From Salpingoeca rosetta (lineage: Eukaryota; Protista; Choanoflagellata), in contig JAWQFM010000001.1 of the NCBI GenBank assembly GCA_033442325.1, positions 1,066,215 to 1,129,261 on the forward strand: DNA of 63,047 nucleotides, read 5' to 3'. The position numbers were made by a program, and so were the translations under genes. The notes beneath the pieces were generated by a model that was not told the DNA's origin, ran no database searches, and was given only the letters and a program-made list of their open reading frames with translations. Shown one piece after another: positions 1 to 16,541 of this stretch. The stretch's first letter is position 1. Each line of letters begins with the position of its first letter.

Positions 1-27
1 GGGTTAGGTCGGTGGAGTAAACGACAT

Positions 28-29
28 AT

Positions 30-74
<45 letters not shown>

Positions 75-290
75 GCTGCTGGGGGGAATGTGTGTGTGTG
101 TCGCGAAGAACGCAAACGTGGCAATGTCCATGCCACTGCGCACAGCACACACACACTCACACACACATGCACACACACATGCACACACAACATACACAGA
201 CACAGACACACACACCACACACACAGACACACACACATGCACACACAACATACATACACACTCACTCACACACACACACACACTCTCTCT
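28..290. repeat. (GT)n followed by degenerate (CA)n microsatellite; an example of the dinucleotide arrays found throughout the window
   Basis: Direct reading. Similar arrays at ~4280-4370, 5106-5300, 11663-11800, 28926-29000, 35810-35900, 48840-48926 and 49968-50083, mostly intronic. Confidence 0.95.
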
Positions 291-648
291 CACTTTCATC
301 TTTTGCACCACCCTCCACGCACCTGTCGTGTTAGAGGAGAAATGGCAATATCATCGCCTATTTTTCGCGCCTGCAGTTCCCAAACCAAACCAACAAACCA
401 TCTGCTTGTTACCGTCCATCGTTCGCTCGCTTGTGCTCGCGCTTGTTGCTTGCTTGCTTGCCTGCTTGCTTGCGCTCGCCATCCAAGCAACCGAGCAACA
501 CCAACACCCCTCCCTTCCTTTGTTGACAATTGTTCACTCGCCCGCGCCGACCTAATCCCCCCCTCCTCCTCCGTGCTCTTGCTCGCTCACGGGTTACGCT
601 TGCTTGACTTCCACAAACTTCCTTTCTTCGACGACCACTCCCACCACC

Positions 649-2373
649 ATGGATCGCATGGTGTGGTTGATGCGCCAGATGGGAGAGCCGAGGAGGGCCG
701 ACCCGGGCGACATGGAGCTTGGCGAGGATTGGCTTCGTGAGGAGGAGCGCGAGGACCAGCCACCGGCACCGCCACGAGCGCGACTTCGAGCAGAACCGCT
801 GGCTGAGCCCTTTGAAGAGCCATTGTGGATGCGCCGCAGAAGGGCCAACCCGGCCATGCGTCGTGCACAGAGTCCACAAACCGCGGAGCCACAGGAAGGC
901 GAGTCTGTGGAGGCGCAGCTTCAGCGACGACGAAGAATGATTCCGCCGCTGCAACGCCGGTTGCCTCCCACAGTCGTCCGCGCACCCCACCCTCCACATC
1001 CTGCACAAGCAGCGCCTGCCCCCCGCGCTGCAGAAGACCCACAACAAGCACCACAAACGCAAGCACAAACGCAAGCACAACAGCAAGAAGCACCACAAGC
1101 ACAACAGCAACAGCAAGTACAACAGCAACCACAACAGGTGTTGAGGTCGGCGTCCGTGGCACTTACACGTGCCGGCGAGCCGATGCGCGTCAACGCCGTC
1201 GTTCCACCAAAAGGGCGCGTTGGGCATGCGCTAGTGCTTGTCGCCGGTCGGCTGCTGAGCGTTGGGGGATCCTTCCGGTCCCTGGGCGGCGCGAACCAGG
1301 AGTTTCTCGGCTTCGACTGGGCCAAGTCTGCGTGGTACCGCCTCCCGTTGCGGGGCCCCACGGCTCGCCTGCAACGCACGGGCGCATCCGTCACCGTGTA
1401 CATGGACCGGTACCTGGTCATCTTTGGTGGGTTTGTGTCCTTTTGGGGCAGCTCGCACACACGGGACGTCTTGATTGTGGACGTGCACCGGCAGGTGCTC
1501 CACGATGAACGCTCCACCATCACCATCCAGGGCCCGCTGCCCCACCCGCGCGATAAGCACACCGCCGTGTGCTACCAGGGCCGCATGTACGTGTTTGGCG
1601 GCTGGGGCTCGGACGTGCCGGAGGCAGAGGGCTTCGTTCGCGCGGGCGTGGAGGAGGACGCGCCCATGAGCTGCGGGTGGACCAACACCATGCACTCGCT
1701 CGACCTCACTCCGCTGGACGCCTGGGACGGCGAGTCGAACATCACGCTCACGTGGCGTGAGGAGGCGCCAACGGGCACCCCGCCAGCGCCGCGGGCCGCG
1801 CACTCCACGGCGCTGTATGGGGACACGATGGTCGTGTTTGGCGGGCGCACGCAGCCCAGTCGCACCAACGACGTGCACAGCCTGCACCTGCCCACCATGC
1901 ACTGGAGCGGGCCCTGGGAACTGACGGGGCCAACCATCCCCGTGCGCTCGTGGCAGTGCGCCACGTTTGTTCCCCCGCACCACATGTTCCTGCAGGGCGG
2001 CCTCAACAAGGACAGGCAGGTGCTCGCAGACACATATGTCATTGACTTGCGCAACCGCCACGTGGAGCGGCTGCCGGACCACGGCCACAACCTGTGGCAC
2101 GCGTCCGTGTACGTTGAGCCGTACGTGTACTACTTTGGCGGCTCGCAGACGGCGCTGCCACAGCACGGCATGCACAACACGCTCTACCGCTGCTGCCCGC
2201 TTCAGCCCACGCTCACAGACCGGTGCCTGGAGGCGATAGCCACCATGGATGAGGAGGACTTTGCGCGCATTGAGCCCGACATTCCAGAACTGTTTGTTGA
2301 CCAAGTGCATTTGCGTCGCACCACACACGTCGCCGCAGAACGCTGCCAGGTCGCAGATGTGGCCGGCTCTTGA
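649..2373 (+). CDS. KLHDC2: Kelch domain-containing protein 2/1-like, CRL2 C-degron substrate receptor (intronless)
   Basis: First ATG at 649 (ccaccATGg) in ORF 604-2373. Kelch repeats PRDKHTAVCYQGRMYVFGGWG, GWTNTMHSLD, PAPRAAHSTALYGDTMVVFGGRTQPSRTNDVHSL, RSWQ and LWHAS match KLHDC2/1. C-terminal BC-box-like QPTLTDRCLEAI; the protein ends in -GS. P/Q/R-rich N-terminal extension. Confidence 0.85.
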   Translation: MDRMVWLMRQMGEPRRADPGDMELGEDWLREEEREDQPPAPPRARLRAEPLAEPFEEPLWMRRRRANPAMRRAQSPQTAEPQEGESVEAQLQRRRRMIPPLQRRLPPTVVRAPHPPHPAQAAPAPRAAEDPQQAPQTQAQTQAQQQEAPQAQQQQQVQQQPQQVLRSASVALTRAGEPMRVNAVVPPKGRVGHALVLVAGRLLSVGGSFRSLGGANQEFLGFDWAKSAWYRLPLRGPTARLQRTGASVTVYMDRYLVIFGGFVSFWGSSHTRDVLIVDVHRQVLHDERSTITIQGPLPHPRDKHTAVCYQGRMYVFGGWGSDVPEAEGFVRAGVEEDAPMSCGWTNTMHSLDLTPLDAWDGESNITLTWREEAPTGTPPAPRAAHSTALYGDTMVVFGGRTQPSRTNDVHSLHLPTMHWSGPWELTGPTIPVRSWQCATFVPPHHMFLQGGLNKDRQVLADTYVIDLRNRHVERLPDHGHNLWHASVYVEPYVYYFGGSQTALPQHGMHNTLYRCCPLQPTLTDRCLEAIATMDEEDFARIEPDIPELFVDQVHLRRTTHVAAERCQVADVAGS

Positions 2374-3099
2374 TGCTGCTGTTTTGTGTGTTTGTTTGTT
2401 TTGTTTGTTTGTTTGTTTGGTTTGTTTGTTTGGTTTGTTTGTTTGCTTGTCTGACTATCTGTCGGTCGTTGTGTGCACGCACCTCTTCCTCGCCTGCCTC
2501 CTCTGCCCTCCTCCTCCCTCCACCCTGTCTTTCTTGTCCCTTTTTTTGCGACTCACTCTGCTTCTGTTTTGCTTTGCCGTCCAACCATCATACTGGCGTT
2601 GTTGTGTGTTGTGTTACCTTGGCTTAGACTGACGACCCGCACGCCCTGCGTTGCGTGTGCCTGCATTGGTTGCTGCAATGCACGTTCGTCATGTGTGCGC
2701 TTGTGGCAATCACGGCGTGCGTGCAGCGCGCACTATCTGTTTGTACATAATCGATTGATTGGGCCCCGCTTGGTGCAATGCCATCCATGAATCCATCCAC
2801 CCGTTCATTCGGGCATTCATTCCTTCACTCATGTCATGCATTCGTTTACGCGCCCAGATGCGCCGGCTTTAATACAACATAATCTGCGTAATGGTACATG
2901 TGGCCTGGAGTTCTGGAAGAGGTTTGAACATGATGCAGATTGCGAATGTGGGTGGGTGGTGGGATGGACAGACGGCACAGAAACAAACAAGTGCATGCGT
3001 GCGTACAGCGAACACGCGGTGGGCATCAAACTCGAATTCGCTGCGTGGCTGCATGGCTGCATGGCTGCATGGCTGCATGGCTGCATGGCTGTGCTCGAA

Positions 3100-4016
3100 C
3101 TAAGAGATGAGAACTTTCCTCTTCTTCTTCTTCTTCTTCTCCTCCTCCTCCTTTGCCTTGCTGCTGGTGTTCTTGTGGGTGTGTTGGTTGGTACTTGTCC
3201 GGTGTTGCTTGTTGTGCGATGGGTCAGCGATGCTCACCACGTGAGCAGCGATGTCGCCTTCATTCGCTTTCGACACGGGCACGGTTTCACCCAGTTGTTG
3301 TTGCTGCCGGTGTTGTTGGTGATGTGGTTGCTTGTGTTGTGGTTGATGCTTGTGTGTGCTGGGTGATGGTGGCGCTGCATCGAAAAACTGGCTGTCGACC
3401 ACGTCAGTGGGGCCACCAATGAGAATGTCATCATCGCCTTCGTCATCCCCATCGTAATCACTGCTGTCATCATCATCGCCGTCGTTATCATCCGCATGGT
3501 ACCCCATCATTCCATCATCATCATCTCCTGCAGCATAGTCGTCGTGGTCGTCGCCAAAATAATCTTCATCCTCATCCCCCACCTCGTCATGGAACGGAAG
3601 CCAATCGTCGTCGTCATCAGCGTCGTCGTCGCTATCGCCAGCATCTCGCTTGTCATGGGTGCTGACACCGCCGTGCATGCGCTGGCCTGCACGGCGCTTC
3701 TGTCGCCTGTGTGCATGCTTGCGTGTGTGGTCGTCGGGGTTGCTGGTGTATGCATCTTCCTCGTGCTCTTCATCAAGCATGGCCATCATCGGCTTTAGGC
3801 TGAAGAGACCAAGTCCAAACGCATCGTCATCGTCGTACATGCTGCTGTCCTTGTTGCTGTTGCTGTCGTCACCGAGCTGAGGCAGCAGCCCTGCGATTGG
3901 GGCGAGGGCGGGGTGGATGCCGCCTCTAGACTCTCCAAACATGGCCGCAAACGAGTCGCCCGGCAAGGAGAAGGGTGCATGTCCGGCCACTGCGCCACGA
4001 CCACGGCCAGCTCCAG

Positions 4017-4056
<40 letters not shown>

Positions 4057-4277
4057 GTCGTCGTCGTAGGTGTGGTCGTCGAGACGTGTGCTTGCCACGT
4101 CCCTCCGGGGTTGCAGTTGTTGTTGTTGCTGCTGTAATTGCTGTGATCGCTGTGATTGTTGGTCATCTGAGAAGCCGCCGTCCCACAGCACGCTGGCGGG
4201 GAGTGCACCAAACTCTTCCAGCCACGCCTCTCGCGCACTCATGTGCCATTCCATCAGCTCCTGTCAATAGGGGTGAG

Positions 4278-4373
<96 letters not shown>

Positions 4374-5104
4374 TGACAGGTGTGAGTCCATCGGTTTGCC
4401 GGTCTTGTGCATGTTCGCAGCTCTCTTAGAGAACAGGGTCAATGGGTTCCCGGTTCTCACTCGACCCCTCCGCCTCCCCTTCACCACAATTCACACTCGT
4501 TGATCTGACCTGGAAGTGGGCATCTGCTGGGCGGTCGTCGACTGGTGGCATGCGAGACAGACACATGGCAATGATGCGGTCCAAGACGTTCATATCTGGT
4601 GGCGCCGTGTATGCGATGGGGGGGGGGTGAAAGGATGTGATGTGAGAGTATTGTCGATGCATCCGCGTGTACGAATCCTCGCAACGGGAGCGCAGATATG
4701 CTCGGTGTGCTGGCTGCGACTGCCGCTTACCTTGACCTGGCCCAGGAAAGATGACGTCGGTATCATCTCGATCTTCTTGCGCATGAGTGGAGGGCTGTGT
4801 GATGGCTGCAAGCCGCTCCGCCGTGTCTGCGCGTAACGTGAAGGTAAAAGTGGAGCATGGTTGAGTGAATGCGATTGGCGTTCAAGACAGGAGTAGCCAC
4901 TTGCTTGACTGACACAGCTGAAGCAGAGGGCCATTGGTATGTGGCAGCGCGTGAGTTAGCACACCATCTGTCAAAACATACTCAGCATTTCTTGTTTGAT
5001 GGCGATGTTCTCCACCTCCACTGCCATGCGCAGTTTCCATGTGATGGGGCGATTGCAATCCAGGATCATCGCCCGCACCATACCCACTGCCAGTACATAC
5101 GCAG

Positions 5105-5155
<51 letters not shown>

Positions 5156-5167
5156 TGTGTGTGCGTG

Positions 5168-5224
<57 letters not shown>

Positions 5225-5243
5225 ATGTGTGTGTGTGTGCGTG

Positions 5244-5301
<58 letters not shown>

Positions 5302-5494
5302 TGTGAGCGTCAGTCTTCAAACCGCAACAGCAGTACCGCCACTGCCGACAGCGCCGACCGCAGGAGTGCAGGGCAGAGGGGTGTGCGCTGAGCATGCACA
5401 CCAGCACACGCACCTGACTCCCATGACGACGGCTTGTCAACGAGAGCCCATGCTTCCTCGACCGAGCTATTACCGGGCAGTCTGCATACAACGT

Positions 5495-5569
<75 letters not shown>

Positions 5570-6023
5570 TGCGTGTGTGTGTGTGTGTGTGTATGAGAAG
5601 GGGGGATGGAGATGGCTTCTGCGACGGCGGCAGTGACAGCCCAACAAGTGCAAGCACTGGGAACAGCTTGCGGCGAACAGCTTACGGAGGATAAGGCTCT
5701 TGCAGAATGGTGTCCTTTGCGGTGTTGGACATGGCCTTGAGCTGTTCAATGCAGTCATCGGCCGTTGCGGCGGTGGCGTGCATGGCTGCTTCCGCCTCAA
5801 ACAATGCCTCGCACACAGCGTCATGGGTTGGAAACCGCGCCAGTAGCGCACTGCGAAGTGCGTCCACGTCCACGCCGCCATTGCCCCTGCTGTGCTTCTT
5901 GTCGTCGTCCTCCTCCTGCACCAACACCCGCTCCTGCACCCGAGTCCAGTTCACAACGAGCACGGGCGTCTCCTCCGCCTGCGTGTGCTTGTGCTCGTGC
6001 GCTGAAGCTTGGTGGTCGTCCAT
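3100..6023 (-). CDS. Hypothetical protein, about 5 exons, with a long Asp-rich tail and Lys-rich C-terminus
   Basis: Phase-consistent exons approx. 6023-5686, 5482-5413, 5091-4983, 4826-4510 and 4261-3100 with GT-AG boundaries. They give ...[26 protein letters not shown]|[21 protein letters not shown]... No family recognised. Confidence 0.65.
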
Positions 6024-6625
6024 CGTCGCACGTGGTTTCGTTTGGTTGTCCTGTCTTCTTTGTTGTTGCCTCGTGGTGGTGATGGGATGGGCGCCGCGAA
6101 ATTGTAAAAAAAAGTTTGTGCGAGAGGATGATAAGTTGCCGTGAGGCCTGGGAGTGGAGGAGTGGGGGGGGGGGGCTCTCTTCTCTTCAAAGCTTCAAGC
6201 CTTCAAGCCCTCCTTACCTCCAGGCAGCCAGGCGTGAGGAAGAGCGAGAACAAGAGAGTGCACGCAACAGGCTCGCAACAGAGAGAGGAAATGGTGCTGC
6301 GTAATGTAACATTCTTCGTGGAGTGGAACATGTGTGTCTGTGTGTGCCTTGTATCCTTCCACCCTTCTTCCAAGTGTGTTCATTGAATTGGCGTTCGCGT
6401 GTGAGCTTGAAGCACCTTGAACAGACTTTGTCTGTACTCTTTGATTGGATGTGGACTTACAACGATGAAAGAACGATGGCAAGACCGACAGCACCAACGC
6501 ATGTCCCTCTCTAGCCCCCGCATTCAAGTTAAAGCGATCAACCAAGTTTTTGATGTTTGTTTGTACATGTGTCTTGCACAAAACCGCACAGTCACACGCA
6601 CCCAGACAAGCGCAAGCATTCGCGG

Positions 6626-9517
6626 TCACTCCACATGGCAGCCCTCCAGTGCCTGCATAAGGGCGAGCTCTTGCTCCTGATCAGCCACAAGAGCACAAGC
6701 AAAGCACAGTTGGTGCTTGGTGAGCCAACAACAACAACACAGACAGGCATGCAGACAGGCAAAGCACACACACACACAACCACACACACAACCAGACAGA
6801 CAGGACAGACAGGCTCACACACGCACACATGCAACCGCACACACATACGAACCTCTGAGAGGAGGAGGGCGGAGGTGGGCTTTGCGGTTCCAACATGCAA
6901 ACCGTATTTCCTTCGATAGATGCACTTGATCCCTGCAATGATGTTCGTTCCCTTCTCTGAACAACGGCAATGTTCCAGTAGCACGGCGATGGTCTTGTTC
7001 ATCTCTCGCTGCATCTCCATCGCTTCCTGTGCACACGGGGAACAAAAGGGAAGGAAAGAGAGAGAGAGTGTGTGTGTGTGTGTGCGTGTGTGTGCGTGAG
7101 CGTGCATGTGTGTGCTGAGAGGCAGTGCAGGCAAGCAAGCAAGCAAGCAAGCAAACAAACAGTGCAGGCAAGCAAGCAAGCGAGCACGCAACCTGCAGGT
7201 TTCCCTGTCGAAACGCGGTGTACAGGCGCACGGCCAGCTTCGGATGGATGTTGTCTGCAGTGGAACAATCATCAGTCAACACACAACACCTTCAGCAAAC
7301 GACACACAACGCAACGTGGGACGAAAGAACAGCAGCGAGACAGTCCAACAGCAAAGCAGCGGTCGTACATGTGCTTCCAATCGCGCCGTCCGATCCCATA
7401 AACAGCCCTAGAACCACGCGCACTCACACGCATGCACAAGTGTCAACGAGGCGTGTCAAGCAAGGAAACACACACACACACACCACACACACACACACAC
7501 ACACGCATAGGCCGCTATTCTCTCTCTGCCTCTGTCTCTGCTCTATGTGCCTGTCTGTCTCCCCTCTCCTCCTCTCCTCCTCTCTTCCTCTCTTGCTCTC
7601 TAGCACGCCCCTCTCTGCAGCAAATCCAAATCCATGGCAGGTTCGAACCTGCTCCCATCATTTCGTCTGGTCCTGTGACGGCGTTGAGATTGCCTGCAAG
7701 CAAGCAAGAGAGTTCACGACAGCAGACAAGTCAGCCCGAAGTGGGCAATCAGGTACAACAAACAGCCTCCTCATTCATGAACACAAACGCAAACACACAC
7801 AGATACACAAACATACACACACACATACACACACACATACACATGCACATACACACACAAGCACGGACGCACCTTGGGACTTTGTGACCAGCTGTTCAAA
7901 CATGAAAAAGTTGGTATCTGTGAACTTGATGCCAGCAAAGTTTGGGACAGCCGCCATTGCTTTGAGAAACTGCGAGTGTACGTGCACGCAGAACACATGG
8001 GCGCGTGAGATGATGGATGAAAGGAGAGAAGAGGCCACACCGCGTCCACCTGTTGCTAAGTGTCTTCATGGTGTCACAGGGCACTGGCAGGTAGGCTGGT
8101 TGACGGCAAACGCACAGAAGCAGCAGTGGCGGTACGGTCAGCAGTCTTGGCGATCCAGTACACGTAGAGCGGCAGGGACGTTGCCTGCCCAATCTGCGTC
8201 CAGTACTCAACAGCAGCGCCCAGATCGTTGGGTTTGTCAACAGGCACCACTGCGCAAAGGGTGACACACAAGGCATCGTTGCCATTAGCTCCGCGCGTGC
8301 GAACAACAGCGGAGTCACTGACCAGCGCCCACACCGCAACGCCAGCACTTCAGATCTCAAACCTCGATTGGACCCACGTATGTACAGACATAATATGTGC
8401 TCACACACATTCACACCCCATGCAACACTCAGACTATGAACGCAGACGCGCACCGGAAGACACGGCGTCAGCCCCGACGTCCTGTGCGTGCTTGGCTAGC
8501 ACAATTGCGTCCGCAACATCTGCAGCGCCCACCATGACGATGACTGGGATCTACATTGTGTTTGAGTGTGTGAGTGAGTGTGTGTGAGTGTGTGACAGAG
8601 AGGGAGAGAGTGTGTGTATGTGTGTGTGTGTGAGTGGGCGAGAGAGACACTCACAGACACACAGACACCGACGCAGACACAGAAATAGAAACACACGTGA
8701 GAACAAGTGTGCTTGCACTGTGAGCAGGTGCATTGCAGGCACAAGCACTGGGTGCAGAAGTGAGCACACGTGCTGTATCTGCGTGTTTCATACCTTCTTG
8801 CCACACTCTTCCATGGCCGCCATCACTGTCTCAACCATTGTCTGCCAGTGTCAGACAAGTCAACAGGGGTGACGGGAAGGTAGGCAAGAGAAGATACAAC
8901 GTGTGTATGAGCGAACAGCAGTCGAAATAAATGAACAAGACAAGCGGAACCATCACTCCCAACAGCGCCCACTCACGCGGAAAGCACCTTGCGTTCCTGA
9001 ACACTGGATTGTAGACCCTCGCCAGTTGACCCGCAGAGATAGAAACCATGCACGCCCGCATCAAGGTGGAACTGGAATGCACAGCACGCACAAGGTTGCA
9101 GGCAGTTTGAAGTTGGGGGAGGCGAGGCATCTGAGCAGCGCTGTGCACACGGATTGCTGTCATCGCGTATGGGTACCTCTCGCGCACTTGTTCACTGAGC
9201 TGCTGACCTTGACGAGTGCCCTCACAGCGTCTGTGTCCACGCCTTCGCCAGAAGGCAGGAACGGCGTGATGAGCGCGGGAGCAACGCCCTGCAATGGGTG
9301 AGAAAGTCACACAGGGAGGGAGGGAAGAGAAGGAGGTGATGAGAGAGAAAGGGAGAAAGTGAAGGCAGGAGGAGCGCGAGCATGAGAGGGAGAGCGCAGC
9401 TCACACAAGCACAAACATACAAACACACCCCAGCTCGCACACGCACATTCAAACACAAACAACACCAGCCAGCAAGCACCACTGACTGACCCTGAGCAGC
9501 TTCCGTTTCGAGGTCAT
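6626..9517 (-). CDS. NPL: N-acetylneuraminate lyase / DapA-family class I aldolase, multi-exon
   Basis: Spliced: MTSKRKLLR|GVAPALITPF...|FHLDAGVHGFYLCGSTGEG...|IPVIVMVGA...GADAVSS|...LPLYVYWI|...FAGIKFTDTN (Schiff-base Lys)|...GPDEM|...GSDGAIGSTYNI...; stop at 6626. Confidence 0.85.
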
Positions 9518-9690
9518 CGTTTGTAGAAAAGTTGTGGAAATCGTGCCAGAAAAGCAACGCCTTCAACCTCGAAAAAACAAACCAAGCAACAAGCAAGCAA
9601 GCAAGCAAGCAAGCCCCAAGAAGGCAAACACAGCAGGCAAAGCGAGGTGCTGTTCCAGCCACCCACACCCACCGACACGCCTGTCACATC

Positions 9691-13661
<3,971 letters not shown>

Positions 13662-14168
13662 CATTTAACAAGAACACGACCTCGTTGTTCTGCATGAGAT
13701 CTTGGCTCGCACAGCTGTTGGTGGCGTTGCACTTTGGTCTCGACATGCGGGAGCGAGAAAGGATGGGGTGGAAGTATGTATTTTTGTGCATATCTGTTAC
13801 GATACATCAATGATTGTGTGTTCGCGCTCCAGCAGGGCTAACTTCCACACACAGACACAGACACAGACACACAGACACAGACACAGACACACACACACAC
13901 ACACACAGACACACACACACAGACACACACACACAGACACACACAAAATATGTACTTTGCAAGCCCGCACGCAATCATGTCAAGTTGTGATGTGTCGCTT
14001 GTTACCCTGACTCGTGTTGAGTGAGGTGTAATTTACATAACGTCATCTCGTCAATCGAAAGGGGCCTAGGTCCATCTAAATCCGCATGTATGCATATGCA
14101 TGCAAACACCCGCCCATGTCAACACAAACGCACACGTGCAAACAAGCGCACGCAAGCGCATGAAATCA

Positions 14169-16312
14169 TCATCGCCGCTGCGTCGGGGTGTCGGTTGGTG
14201 GTGAGGACAAATTGCTGCCAGCCGCGTGATTCGTGTCTGCACCAGCACCATCGTCACCTGCACCGCCAGCAATGCCCGGGCCACCGTTGGTCGGGCTGAG
14301 TTGCGGAATGGAGATGCGCAGCTTGCGCGCCATCTGGTCCACGCGCTTCTGCTGCTGCTCGTCATATGCAAACACCACCACCGTGCCCTGCCTGTTCCCG
14401 CGCCCAACGCGCCCGGCAATGTGCAGATAGTCCACGTGTGTGCGGGGGGTGCCCACGATGCATGCCAGCTCGACGTTTGGGATGTCCAGTCCTCGAATCG
14501 CGTCCATGTTGGCCACGCCCACAACAGGGCGCTCCGGCGTCGCGGATGCAAACCGCGCAAGCAGGTCCTCCCTGCGCTGTGCGGCATCGGCAGGGCTGGT
14601 GGCCGCATGCACGTGCTCGTATACGGCAATGGCGTCGACAGCGGTGCGCGTGCGGGCGCGGAACTGTGCAATGCGGTTTGTCGTGTCCTTGACAGGGACA
14701 GATGTCGGCACAAACACCAGCGCCGTCGCTGGCGCCAGGGCGGACAGTGTCCACTCCAGCTGCGCAAACAGGCAGTCCGCCTGGGATGCAGTGGAGCCGG
14801 CACCTGTGCACAAAGATGAAACGGTTAAAGGTTAAACCACAGGCGGAGACCCGGGAGGGGAGAGGAAGCGCGTGAGCTGTGCCCTTTTTGACGGGAAGCA
14901 AGATGCAGCCAAGCAAGACGAGGAGCGCAAGCGAAGAACAGAGCATGAAGACAAGGAAGATAAGAAAACAAAGGACATGGAAGGAAGGGGTCAAGGGAAG
15001 GGAGAAGGAACGAGAAGGGCATTGTGCAGAACAAGACGTGCATGCAACGAACCGATATATGGCATGTCAAACTTGGCACAGACGGCATCGTTGACGACGA
15101 AATGCTGCAGATTGTCGGGCAACGTTTGGCCATCTGTCAACGACACAGTAGTGATGGACTGGGGCGCACACCACCCGCGCTGCACAAGCTGGCGACGGCA
15201 ATCGTGGTGGGTTGAGGGGTGCGTTGCATGGGTGAGCATGAGTGGAAACGGAATGAAGTGGGGTGTAGGGGGGGGGGGAGAGCAGCTGCACAACAGCACA
15301 TGACCACAACCAATCAAACAAGGCAAGGAAGCGCAGAGTGTAGCGAGGAAGACAAGGCACAGGCCAAGGCGCAGGTAAAGTAAAACGAAGCATAGGCAAG
15401 GACAAGCGCAAAGGTAAGACAAAGCAGAGGCAAGGCAAGCGAAGCAAACGCACCTCTCGCTTGACCCTGGTGGTGAGGCTGGCCGAGGCGCAGATGACCT
15501 GTGGACGCTGTGCCATCTGCCGATATGGCCTGCACACCATCCCCCGCACAGCAGTCGAAGCGTGAGTACACTGGCCAGCTTCACGCAACACGGAAACGAC
15601 GCACAACACGGCGTGCAAAGCCGCGAGCGTGGTGTGTGTGTGCGTGTGTGTGTGCGCGCGCGAAGACGTCGCGTGTTTGGTGCTTGAACATCACAGCCCG
15701 CAGTCACACGCTGTACCCTCGTCTCCCTCCATCAAACCTCGCCCAGTGTCTGTGTTACATCCATCTCTGATATCACATTCTGCTTTGGTGCGGTGCTTGC
15801 CTCCTCCCACCTTCTGTCTTCGCCCGGACCAAACTTCCGGCGGTACACAATCAGGTCCATGATTGTTGTTGTTGGGCGGGGGTGTCGCTCGCGGTTCTGG
15901 CGATGATGGCAGGTGTGGTGGGATGAAGAGGAGGTTTTGGGTTTGTTGGAAAGGGTGGGGGGGGTAGCAGAGTGTGAGTGGGCGAGGGAGGGCAGATCAA
16001 GCGCGCAGTCGTGTAGGAGTGGGAGCGCTTTCACAGACAGGCAAATAGGCAAGCAAACACGGGGATAGACAGACAGACATACACACACCACAGAGGCAGA
16101 CAGACAGACAGACAGACAGACAGACACAGACATACACAGGTACACACACAGGTACACACACCACACATGCATGCAGGCGTTCCGCACCTGCTTCTGCTTT
16201 GGAGAGGCGTAACGCGAGAGCGGATCCAGCAGCTGCGATGTGGTGGATGGTGGGTGAGAAACGAGGGAAACCACGCAAGCCAAGCAGACTGGGACAGCCG
16301 GACAGATAGGCA

Positions 16313-16367
<55 letters not shown>

Positions 16368-16500
16368 GCTGATATATGCAGCAGGTGCACCTTGTCGGCT
16401 TCATCCAGGACGACTGTCTCCACTTCGTCTGCAATCGGATGCTTCTCCAGCAGCTGTTGGCCGCAACAGCAGCAAAGTAAGACACGTACAACCTTATCCC

Positions 16501-16541
<41 letters not shown>

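Noticed and set aside
1-10. GGGTTAGG at the window start as a telomere
   Set aside because: Only about one TTAGGG unit; no array.
28-740. Numerous ORFs rich in CVCVCV or HTHTHT, here and throughout the window
   Set aside because: Translations of (GT/CA)n microsatellites that lack stop codons; not proteins.
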